The translations under genes and the position numbers were made by a program. Shown here in pieces: positions 28,981 through 38,500 of a stretch of DNA of 64,000 bases. Each line of letters starts with the position of its first letter. Within the stretch, counting starts at the first letter, position 1. The notes under the pieces are model-generated. The model was not told the DNA's origin, did not search any database, and worked only from the letters and a program-made list of their open reading frames with translations. The DNA lies in IMG/VR virus record IMGVR_UViG_3300032431_000003, positions 1 through 64,000 of that record. The stretch is one strand, 5' to 3'. Origin of the DNA: a virus.

Positions 28981-29373
28981 CTAGATGTTTGCAATATTAA
29001 ATACCAATAACCCAATCCCAATGGGTGCGCCGACAACTGCGACATTCGATGGGGTCATCACAAAGTCAATCCCCGCACCCGCAGCATTGGATACGTTGCA
29101 TCGCCACTGCCCCGTCCCTGCCGCATTAAAAAAGACTCCGTGGCTAATTGCCCCAGCATTAATAGCTGAAGCATTCAACCCAATTGCCGCCATTTGCACT
29201 TGCCCATTATTGGCTACGGTTCCCGCTGGTCCACCGAGAGCATGGGAGGAGACGTAGTTATTCGCTGAATTAGCGGAGTTGCTAAATAATCTGAATGTGC
29301 CGCCGGGGATTCTGCCAAGGAAGGCATCTCCTAGGGCAACTCTGGCTCCGGGGTCTACTGCTGAAACTGCCAT
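28981..29373 (-). CDS. Putative minor virion protein
   Basis: Ala/Gly/Asn-rich, in tail operon. Confidence 0.55.
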   Translation of the reverse strand: MAVSAVDPGARVALGDAFLGRIPGGTFRLFSNSANSANNYVSSHALGGPAGTVANNGQVQMAAIGLNASAINAGAISHGVFFNAAGTGQWRCNVSNAAGAGIDFVMTPSNVAVVGAPIGIGLLVFNIANI

Positions 29374-29377
29374 ATAT

Positions 29378-29707
29378 TTAACAAATTCCTATAATAATTT
29401 GATTGCCCGTTTCATCCCAAAAGAATTCTCCGGGCTGTAGATTTGACGGATTGGAACTAGCTCTGTAGCGAACCCCTGAGATATCTAGGGCTGCAACGTT
29501 TTTCAACGACAGTCCAGTCGTATCAATTGTAGCTAAGTTTCCAGAAACTCCGTTAATAATGGTCTTAGTAATTAAGGCTTGAGAAAAACCAATCATACAA
29601 AGTAGTCCACCCCCACCTGATCCATCTACCATAGCAAGAAGTCCGCCTCCATCTATAAAGGGGACAACTCTTGCTGCATATAGGATATCATTAGCAATAA
29701 CAAACAT
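29378..29707 (-). CDS. Hypothetical virion-module protein
   Basis: TAATG coupling. Confidence 0.6.
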   Translation of the reverse strand: MFVIANDILYAARVVPFIDGGGLLAMVDGSGGGGLLCMIGFSQALITKTIINGVSGNLATIDTTGLSLKNVAALDISGVRYRASSNPSNLQPGEFFWDETGNQIIIGIC

Positions 29708-30075
29708 TAACCGTAGAATCCATAAATATTCAAATAGGTCTCGGCGTTAGGGTTGGTTGTATTCCAGTTTCCAGCGCAAAGGAACATAAGCTGTATTGCG
29801 TAGATACCCTTGAAGTCAAGGATAGATACACCGCTTGTCCCCGGAGCCAGTGTTGCCAAAGCAGCACCTTCAGCCCTGACAAGCAAGCTTCCCGTCAAGG
29901 AACCATTCCACCACTCCCCCTGGGGATGGTACTGAACCTTGAGAGTCGTTGAAGCCAAAGCCACGCTGCCCACATTCCTGATTTCTAGGCTAAGGAGCCG
30001 ACCGCCAACTCCCAACTCAAATACCTCCGGGTAAGGAGTCGCCTTAACTAAAAGGTTTTCTTTTGTATATACCAT
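29707..30075 (-). CDS. Hypothetical virion-module protein
   Basis: GAGGA RBS before MVYTKEN; start shares CATG with portal. Confidence 0.65.
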   Translation of the reverse strand: MVYTKENLLVKATPYPEVFELGVGGRLLSLEIRNVGSVALASTTLKVQYHPQGEWWNGSLTGSLLVRAEGAALATLAPGTSGVSILDFKGIYAIQLMFLCAGNWNTTNPNAETYLNIYGFYG

Positions 30076-31534
30076 GCCAAATTTTCCTCGCAAGACTACT
30101 CCTTACTATAACTCAACCACCAACGCAGTATCACCCCCAATCGAGGGCAGTACAGCTTCTAAGTTGTCGTTCCTGACCAGTGAAGTGATCCAAGAGTTTC
30201 AGCGGAAAGGAAAGCACTCCATCTCTGAGCTACTAAAAACAAGGGAGTTGGATGAAGGAGTTGCCGCTTCCATTGCTTTGATGCAGTTAAGGGTAATGGC
30301 TAGGCTAGGGGATTACACTCATCCTATTCCTGAGATAAAGAAGTGGGTCAGGGGTAACTTCACTGACATGGAGGGGACTCTAGCCGAAACAGTTCATCAC
30401 CTAGCCTTGGCTCCTTGGATTGGTAGCACCGACGCCGAAATAAACCCAGTGGCAACAGTAAGGCAAGGAAGACCTGAATGGCGGCTACAAGGCTTGCAGC
30501 CAATCAGTCCCGACAAAGTAAAATATGCGGGTTCGAGAAGGCTGGGGCTAACTCACGTCATTGACATGAGCCATCCGAATCCGTCAAACAGATGTAATTG
30601 GATACCAGTCAGCAAAGTGCTCCACGTTGACCTCGGTAGCTTTGACGGTTCGCCCTATGGCTACGCTTTGGCAAGGAATATAATGCCCTACGTGAAGGCA
30701 AAGCAAGTATTGATGACTGAGTGGATTGTTGCTGGCAGGAATCAATCGTCTGGCTTGCTCATTGGTAAAGCCGATTCTAACCAATCCGTGAGTCTCCTTG
30801 ATCGGGCAGGGCAACCTCTCAAAAACCCTGATGGAACTCCACGTATCGCCTCTGCCGTAGAGCAACTCACTAAGCAGTTGGAGCAATTGGATAGCACCAA
30901 CTTCCTTGTTACCGATCCACAAAATAACGTCATGTGGCAGCCAATGTCTGTAGATTCTGGATTCTTCCAGCAAGCTATTCAGTATGTTGATGGAGCTATT
31001 CTGCTGGGATTGGGAATACCCAAGTTAACTTTCAATGAAGGCAGTGGGCAATTTGGAAACACCTCGGTAGCGATGGTTCAGAAGACTATGCTTGATACCC
31101 GACTGGGGATTATTGCCGACAAGATTGAAGATCAGATCATTGAGCGAGTAATTAGACCCTTGCTTGTCTTTAACTTTGGGTTGACAGCCGAAGATGGCTG
31201 GGGACACTTTGAATCCGACGTATCCAGTGACCCAATCATGGCTCAGTCTCAGCTTCAGATGCTCATGCAAGCTGTAGCCATGCAAGTCATTCCGGCAACC
31301 GATCCTGCTGTCATGGATTCTATTCGTCAACTCCTGAAACTCCCAGCAGTCACCGAAGAAGATGCGTTGGGCAATATTCGCAGGGCTGCGGATATCCAAG
31401 CTCTTCAACAGACAACAGTAATGAAGGCACAGATGGAAGTCCAAAACAAATCTCAGCTAGAGATGATGGAGAAACAATCTCAGATGCAGCAAGAGCAACA
31501 AGCCAAGGAACAACAGCAACCCCAGCAGCAATAA
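30074..31534 (+). CDS. Portal protein (Mu gp29/DUF935-like)
   Basis: SPYGYALARNIMPYVKAK..W, FQQAIQYVDGAILLGL, QIIERVIRPLLVFNFG, IRQLLKLP. Confidence 0.8.
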   Translation: MPNFPRKTTPYYNSTTNAVSPPIEGSTASKLSFLTSEVIQEFQRKGKHSISELLKTRELDEGVAASIALMQLRVMARLGDYTHPIPEIKKWVRGNFTDMEGTLAETVHHLALAPWIGSTDAEINPVATVRQGRPEWRLQGLQPISPDKVKYAGSRRLGLTHVIDMSHPNPSNRCNWIPVSKVLHVDLGSFDGSPYGYALARNIMPYVKAKQVLMTEWIVAGRNQSSGLLIGKADSNQSVSLLDRAGQPLKNPDGTPRIASAVEQLTKQLEQLDSTNFLVTDPQNNVMWQPMSVDSGFFQQAIQYVDGAILLGLGIPKLTFNEGSGQFGNTSVAMVQKTMLDTRLGIIADKIEDQIIERVIRPLLVFNFGLTAEDGWGHFESDVSSDPIMAQSQLQMLMQAVAMQVIPATDPAVMDSIRQLLKLPAVTEEDALGNIRRAADIQALQQTTVMKAQMEVQNKSQLEMMEKQSQMQQEQQAKEQQQPQQQ

Positions 31535-31551
31535 AATATATCCGCTTCACC

Positions 31552-31580
31552 TTGAGCATTTACGTTGTCAGTGTTAAACT
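31552..31580 (+). promoter_or_regulatory. Sigma70-type promoter for thyX operon: TTGAGC-17 bp-TAAACT with extended TG
   Basis: Exact 17-bp spacing, 48 bp upstream of thyX. Confidence 0.6.
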
Positions 31581-31628
31581 GATTCTAACCAGACAAGTTA
31601 AGATTGCTTTTCCTTAAGCCCAAAAAAC

Positions 31629-33203
31629 ATGAACCAAGATCACCTCCTATCTCCGTTTTTAACCAACTTAGACAAGCCTGTATTCTGCTTGAAAAATCTC
31701 CCTGAAGTTGTCAAGGGAGCCCTTTTCTCTCGTTATAGCCGTAGCGAAAAGGGGCTTCGAGAAATATTGCTCGATGAATTTATCAACGCTCCCGAAGCGT
31801 ATTTCCAAGAACTCTCTGGCGACGCTGAAATCCTCGTAAACAAAGAGCAAGCCGAAGCTTTCTATGACCGAGTACTCTTAGGTTACGGAGATGACTCCAT
31901 CGCTGAGCTTGGCGGCGCACACATTGCTTGCGAAGGCATTAGCAACATTGCGGCAAAAGCCCTAGAGGACTGTCGAATTGGTATTTCACCACTAGAAAAA
32001 TCAACTAGATATGTCCGGTTCGACCAGAAAAAGGATGGCAAGTATCTGTACTACCGAGAACTGCTGATAATGGCATCGATCCACTCCGATCTCTACGAAG
32101 AAACAATGGACTTGCTATTCAAGACTTACTCAGACTTAATCGCTCCTCTTTCTGAGTGGCTGAAGACTAAGTACCCCAAGAATGAGTCAACGAAAGAGAA
32201 ACCTTACCTCAATAGCATCAAAGCAAAAGCCCTTGATATTCTGCGAGGATTACTGCCAATGGCTACATTGACAAACGTGGGACTCTACGGCAATGGACGG
32301 TCTCTTGAGTACCTGCTGGTGAAATTTGCAGCTTCACGCCATATCGAAGTTCGCCAGCTAGGGGTGGATATGCAAGAAGAACTAAAACAAGTTATTCCAT
32401 CTTTTATCAAAGGAGCCACTACGGAGCGGGGGCAAAGGCAGTCTCAGCGAATCATAGATAGTCTAATCGCAACAAGGGAAACAGCCGAGGACTTGGTTGG
32501 TGGGCTGGCTCGTTGTGAAAGGACAGATACGGTTTGCTTGACTGATTACGAACCCTACGCTGTCACCCAAGTTATCACAGCTATCCTTTACCCACATAGT
32601 GACCTTTGCCTAAGTCGAATTGCCGAAGCCGTCATAGGTATGGCTCAGTGGGACAAAGAAGCTGTTATCAATGAATACGTGGGTGATCGACACTCTCGGT
32701 TTGACAAAGTAGGCAGGGCTTTCGAGGAGGTCTTCTATACCTTTGACATCCTTGCCGACATCGGAGCCTACCGAGACTTACAGAGACATCGCTTAATGAG
32801 CCAAGAGCACCAAGATTACACGGTTAAACATGGGTACGATGTTCCCGATGAACTTGTCGAAGCTACACTCGACGAACCGTATCGGAGGGCTATGAACGCC
32901 GCCTCCTTTGCCTTCGAGATCGTAGAATCAAGCTTGCCCATTGCCGCTCAATACATGGTTCCTTTTGGTTGCAAGATTCGATGGAAGATAAAGCTAAACT
33001 TGAGAGAGGCTTATCATTTCATCGAATTACGCAGTCAGAGACAAGGGCATTCTTCGTACAGGGAAATTGCCCAGCAAATGTACCTTGCAATCAACGATGT
33101 TCACCCAGAGTTGGCAGCGCACATGATCATCGACATGAAAGATTACGACCTAGAACGGCTTGCTGCCGAACAGAAAACCGAAGCAAAAAGAGGAGAAGCA
33201 TGA
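31629..33203 (+). CDS. thyX: FAD-dependent thymidylate synthase, long two-domain form
   Basis: GYGDDSIAEL, EKSTRYV, RDLQRHR, FIELRS..GH.SYR motifs. Confidence 0.92.
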   Translation: MNQDHLLSPFLTNLDKPVFCLKNLPEVVKGALFSRYSRSEKGLREILLDEFINAPEAYFQELSGDAEILVNKEQAEAFYDRVLLGYGDDSIAELGGAHIACEGISNIAAKALEDCRIGISPLEKSTRYVRFDQKKDGKYLYYRELLIMASIHSDLYEETMDLLFKTYSDLIAPLSEWLKTKYPKNESTKEKPYLNSIKAKALDILRGLLPMATLTNVGLYGNGRSLEYLLVKFAASRHIEVRQLGVDMQEELKQVIPSFIKGATTERGQRQSQRIIDSLIATRETAEDLVGGLARCERTDTVCLTDYEPYAVTQVITAILYPHSDLCLSRIAEAVIGMAQWDKEAVINEYVGDRHSRFDKVGRAFEEVFYTFDILADIGAYRDLQRHRLMSQEHQDYTVKHGYDVPDELVEATLDEPYRRAMNAASFAFEIVESSLPIAAQYMVPFGCKIRWKIKLNLREAYHFIELRSQRQGHSSYREIAQQMYLAINDVHPELAAHMIIDMKDYDLERLAAEQKTEAKRGEA

Positions 33204-33685
33204 CAACTGAACAATTTGACCTATATAGTAGCTTGAGAAGATACGCTAGCTACTATATAGGTTTTCCCTCCGACCTCGACTTTTACAGCAACGACTGCTT
33301 TGATGAGGTCGAAGGAAAAGACACCAAGCAACTTGTTAGAGAGCTATTGGAGGCTGTATACGAGAAGGGACTGATAAACCCATCCTTCCCTTCTCGTATA
33401 TCGGAGCTACTAAAAGAGTGGGAAAAGCTAAATGATTTTCCGAGTAGCTTTAACCCGGTTGAACTCAGAGAATTGCTCTCGCCCTTGGTTGCAAGAATAT
33501 TTCCTCCCGTGATAGAAATTTCGGGAGATGTTCGAGGTAGTTATGGATGCTTAGTTTCCCGATCTGAAGACACGCTAACCTTCAAGACTTTCAGTGGGGA
33601 AGAGGAATTCTCAATTAGAGAGTTCCTTCTTCGCATGAGAATCAACATTTCTGATTTTAATGAAGCAAAAACAGGAGAGACATGA
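33200..33685 (+). CDS. Hypothetical protein
   Basis: ATGA overlap with thyX, GAGGAG RBS; duplicated downstream. Confidence 0.8.
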   Translation: MTTEQFDLYSSLRRYASYYIGFPSDLDFYSNDCFDEVEGKDTKQLVRELLEAVYEKGLINPSFPSRISELLKEWEKLNDFPSSFNPVELRELLSPLVARIFPPVIEISGDVRGSYGCLVSRSEDTLTFKTFSGEEEFSIREFLLRMRINISDFNEAKTGET

Positions 33686-34148
33686 CAACTGAACAATTTG
33701 ATCTAGAGAGTAGCTTAAGAACATATGTTGACCTCTATGTAGGGTTTCCCTTTGACCTCGACTATAGTAATGACTGCTTTGATGAGGTCAAAGGAAAAGA
33801 CACTAATCAACTCGTCAGAGAGCTATTGGAGGCTATAGAGGAAAAGGGTTAGTAGATTCATCCTTCCCTTCTCAGGTATCCGAGCTACTAAAGGAATGGG
33901 AGCCAACTTGGAGGGTTAACCAGGTTAAACTCAGAGAATTGCTCTCGCCCTTGGTTGCAAGAATATTTCCTCCCGTGATAGAGATTTGGGGCGATGTCCG
34001 AGGCAGCCATGGGTGTTCGGTTTCCCGATCTGGAGACACGCTAACCTTCAAGACTTTCGGTGGGGAAGAGGAATTCTCAATCAGGGAATTCCTTCTTCGC
34101 ATGAGAATCGACATTTCTGATTTTAATGAAGCAAAAAGAGGAGAGTAA
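33682..34148 (+). pseudogene. Frameshifted tandem paralog of 33200..33685
   Basis: One base short at GAAAAGGGTTAG (33841-33852); homology continues in -1 frame. Confidence 0.75.
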
Positions 34149-34149
34149 G

Positions 34150-34725
34150 ATGTCAATTTTGAACGACAGAAGAATCATCGAAAATGAGTCAATGATCAGG
34201 GGCTTCAATGCTGGCAACGTAAACCCCGTTTCCTACGATGTAACCCTCCATCACGTCATCTTGAGGGAGAGGCATCAATGGCAGTCTTGGCTCATGGATT
34301 CGCTTTGCCGACAAAAGCACTGGGGCAGAATGGACTCCCCCAATAGGTTTCAGAGAATTGATATTTCCAAGCACTCCAGAAAAGACCCGTTCTGGATGAA
34401 GCAAGGAGACTTCATTCTCGCTGCTACCCAAGAAATCTTTGACTTGCCCTTGAATATCTCCGCTGAGTTTGTCTTGAAGTCTAATTCAGGAAGGCTGGGT
34501 TTTGGGCATCAACTAGCTGGACTTTGCGACCCCGGCTGGCATAACTCTCGGCTAACCTTGGAATTATTCAATGTATGCCGATTTGGCTTGCCACTCTACC
34601 CCGGACTGAAGATTGGGCAGATGGTGTTCCAGTTCGTTGAAGAACCATCGAAAGGCTATGGAATCACTGGGCATTACAACGGAGACAAAGAAGTTCAGCC
34701 GTCTCGTGTTGCTATTATTGACTAA
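34150..34725 (+). CDS. dcd: dCTP deaminase
   Basis: NPVSYDVTL, FILAATQE, KSNSGRLG, AGLCDPGW, LTLELFN, IGQMVF. Confidence 0.9.
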   Translation: MSILNDRRIIENESMIRGFNAGNVNPVSYDVTLHHVILRERHQWQSWLMDSLCRQKHWGRMDSPNRFQRIDISKHSRKDPFWMKQGDFILAATQEIFDLPLNISAEFVLKSNSGRLGFGHQLAGLCDPGWHNSRLTLELFNVCRFGLPLYPGLKIGQMVFQFVEEPSKGYGITGHYNGDKEVQPSRVAIID

Positions 34726-34751
34726 TTATTACAAATGGAGAGGTACAGCTA

Positions 34752-35003
34752 ATGGATTCGCCTGACAAAATATTCTTACTGGCTAGAGAATTGGCTAATG
34801 GAAGCGATACAGATAAATTTGCTTCTAGCATCCTAATGATTGTAGGGGGAGCCCTTCTATCTAGCAACGAGCTAGGATTCGACCACATAGAAAGACTAAC
34901 TATGGCAGTGATTGCTACTTCAAATGAATTCCGGGCTGAATTAATCCCTGAAGAGGAACGAGGTTCACTCGAAGAGTTTAAGCGCAAACTATTCGGAAAC
35001 TAG
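34752..35003 (+). CDS. Hypothetical protein
   Basis: GAGGT RBS. Confidence 0.6.
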   Translation: MDSPDKIFLLARELANGSDTDKFASSILMIVGGALLSSNELGFDHIERLTMAVIATSNEFRAELIPEEERGSLEEFKRKLFGN

Positions 35004-35584
35004 TAAATCTCACTCCGAATATATTCAAGGAATTTCACCGAGAACCCCGTGCTAAATCGTTGGTACGGGGTATTTATTGGGACTTCAGTGATTGTCGGTG
35101 GGTTCGTTGATTCGTTACAATTCATGCGTCCTGAGCGTACCGTACCGCCGACTCCATCGAAGACTTTGATTTTACCGACTCTTTGAGTAAAGCCTTGTTG
35201 ATATGCTTGCCAAAGACTACCAGTACCACAATCTACTCGGTGATAGTCAAAGCAGGTAATCGTGGCATAGTTTGCGTAGCCAGTAGAAGTAGAGAGCGTA
35301 GCAAGTTCCTTGAGAGCTAAGTAGATTTCTTCTCGCTGATCCTTGATTTTCAATGTAAATCCATAGCGACGAGTATTCAACGTGACCCCAGCAAGATTCG
35401 GCGAGAAGTAGTCATAGTAGTCTGATTCAGAGCCTTCACTGACAGCAGAGTAGTCTTCGGCGGGAGTGCGGATTACGAGGTGTCCCTGGGCATTGAACAT
35501 CGGGGCAATCTGAGTCGTTGCCCACGTTGTCATAAAATGCGGTGGGCAAACAAAAACTACTTTATTAGGGATTAATCTAGTCAA
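35000..35584 (-). CDS. Putative distal tail protein
   Basis: Directly downstream of tape measure; size and beta content (synteny inference). Confidence 0.5.
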   Translation of the reverse strand: MTRLIPNKVVFVCPPHFMTTWATTQIAPMFNAQGHLVIRTPAEDYSAVSEGSESDYYDYFSPNLAGVTLNTRRYGFTLKIKDQREEIYLALKELATLSTSTGYANYATITCFDYHRVDCGTGSLWQAYQQGFTQRVGKIKVFDGVGGTVRSGRMNCNESTNPPTITEVPINTPYQRFSTGFSVKFLEYIRSEIY

Positions 35585-35585
35585 G

Positions 35586-38500
35586 CTACCTCCTCTGATT
35601 CAGCGTTGTCAGCACCCCATCTAGGGACTGAAGCACCTGTTGCTCTACATTCTGCCCTATTTCGCCATTTTGGTCAGCCTGTAGAGTTATGTTAATTGTA
35701 TTCTGCATAGAGACATCGTTAGTGGGTCTATTGGCTTGAGCTTGAAGCCCATCCCTAATCTCTGCCATTGCTGGATCATTGGCTTGTCGCTGTCCGGCAA
35801 CTCCTCCCGGAGCTTGGGGAACTCCAAATTCTTGCATCTGAGCTTGGAAGTTTCGGCGAATGTAGTCCAAGTCAGGCGGAGTGATCTGGGGCATGACTCC
35901 CTGCGTATTGGTGTTTAGGTTGAGTCCTTGCAGTTCTCTAAAGTTATTCCGGGTAAGCCCATAATCAAGTGCACCTCCACTACTTAATCCCAAATCAGCG
36001 AGGACTTGATTCCTGACACTGGCAACCAATCTAGCTTGCTCCTGCCCTTCAGGGAGGGTCTCTGCAACTTCTAGGAGAGCATGTCCCCTCGCTGTGGACT
36101 GAGAAGCCACTATTGCTTGCCGTTCTTGGACGTTGAGCATCTCTGTGAGTTTGGCTTGATTGGATTGAATCTCAGTAGCATATTGAAGATAAGTTCCTTG
36201 CTCTACCTTGGCTGAGAGGGCATCTAGTCGAGCTTGAACCATCTCAGGAGAATCACCCTTAGCAATGGACTCACTGACCTTTGCCTTGGCATCGGCAATG
36301 TCAGCCTTGTTCTGGGCTTGCTGCATTCGTAGCCGAATTCGCTCTTGCTCCATCGTTGCCTTTTGTTGAGCTTGATTGAGATCAAGAAGCTTCAACTCCA
36401 TCTCTTGTTGGCTCAATAAGGACTGGTACTTGATCCGAGCAGTAGCTTTAGCGATAGCATGTTTTTCCGCCTCCCCGTGAAGAGTTTTGGAAAGTAGATC
36501 AAGTTGTCCAGCAACTTGACTGCTCCTAGATTCCATCAACCGCTTTTGTTTTTCAAGAATGTCTTTCTGGAAGTTCATCTTCTCAGTAATTAAGGCAGTT
36601 TGTTCAGCTTGCTTTGCCAAGAGTACATTTAGTCGAGCTTCAGACTTCTCTTGGTCTTGGCGGATTTCAAGCTCAACAGCAGCCCGAACATTCATCTCTT
36701 GCTGTTTACCAATCATGGAAGTCTGACCAGCTAGAAATTCTCGCTGTTTCTGGAGTGAAGTAATTCGAGACTGAGCCATTCCCTGCTCTTCTTTGCTAGA
36801 TGCCCTAGTCAGGTCAAGGTTAGCTTGGTTGATCAGTCGCTCATTCTCTTTAAGCTGCAAAACGTTGGCATATTCTTGCCCTTCAAGAGCCAAAGCATTA
36901 ATCCTTTCCTGATCTTTAGCCGACTCCTTTTCTAGTTCTTGTTTTCTTTCCAAGAACCGCAAGGAAGCTTGCTGACTCTTAGATTCAACGGTAGCCTTAA
37001 CCAACTCGCTATTGGTCAACTTCGTAACCATGTTGATCTGCTGCTGGTAATACCCCAGCATTTGTTGACCCAACTTAATCTCTTGGTTTCTCTTAGCTTC
37101 GCTCTCAGCTTGTTCGGCAAGTAATAAGTTAATCCTAGATTCAACAAGAGCCATAGATTGCTTAATCTTTAGCTCTTCTATGGCACTCTGCATAATCATC
37201 TCTTGTCCACGAAGCTGTAGCCGCTGATTCTGGAGTTGTTCTTGTTGAATCTTCAAGGCATCTACCCTGAGTTCACCGGAACGGACATCTTCCTCGGTCA
37301 ACTTGGCATTCACTTGTTGCTTGGCTATATCCGCCTCAGCGTCAGCAATGGCTCTTTGGTTTTCCTTGAGCGCAATGTCCGATTCGGTTTGTTGTTTCTC
37401 ATTGGCTATTCTTTGCTGAGCCTGAGACATGTTTAAGCTCTCAACCTCGGCTTCTTGAGTTCTTTCCAAGATTGACAACTGTTGACTTGCTGAACGGGTC
37501 TGAATTTCCGCCTTGATAGTTTCGTCCTTGATCTGGCGGCTGAGATTGGTCAAGGAAGCCTGAGACTGAGTTTCAACAAGGCTGAGTAGTGAATTCCTTG
37601 CCTCCAACACTTTCTGCTGCCGACCTAGTTCGTCACCAATCTTAGTTAGAGCATTAATCTGTATCCTTAAGCCTTGGTTTTCTGCCTCAATTTGATTGGA
37701 AAAAATCTTCTGACTTTTTTCAATGGCAATAACCTTCCGCTTAATCTCTCGATTTTCTTTTTGGGATTCCAACTCCATCTCTAGCTTGTTTACTTCAAGC
37801 TGGGCATCCATATAAGCCCTAGAACTTTTCCCTTGGAGCTTGGCAATCTTCTCCAGGGTTTCCTTGGCATCCTTAAGACGCTTATTATTCATCTCAATAT
37901 CAATACCCGCCATCTGATCCGCAGCTTCTTGAGCCGTAATCAACCCTTTCGTTTGGAGTAACTGAACTTGACGATTGGACTGCTCATCTAAACGTAGCTT
38001 CTGATCTAAGACATTTTTGCGAACAGCGATTTCTTGGTTTCCCATCTCAATCTGCTGCCCCTTCAAGTCCTGCTCCATCTTCACGATTTCAGCCTGCTTG
38101 TCCCTGTACTCTTGGGAGTCCTTGCCCTTCCCAACTTCCTCAATGAGTGCTAAGGTCTCTTTGGCGTTAGCTAGACGCTTTTTGTTTTGCTCAAACTGTA
38201 TTTGGGTGATCTGCAAAGCCGACGCTTCAGCACTGATAACTGTCTGCTTCTCCCTCAGTCGCACCTCCCCAATAGCTTTCTCGTCCATTGCAAAAGACCG
38301 CTCCAGAGCAGTCTTCTTCATTTCAATGATCATCGCCACGTTTTCTTGAATCTGACTAGCAGAAAGAATAGATTCAGCTATCCCGTTCTGCCCAATCGGT
38401 CCTTTCTGGCTCTGAAGTCCCTCAAGTAGCTCCGTGGCAAACTCTACTCCAATAGCCCCTCCATCAAAGGACTTCTTAATCTGATCCATTGCCGAATCAG

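Noticed and set aside
33200-34148. Diversity-generating retroelement TR/VR pair (also considered for other duplicates)
   Set aside because: Differences between copies involve all four bases and indels, span whole genes, and no reverse transcriptase is visible in the window
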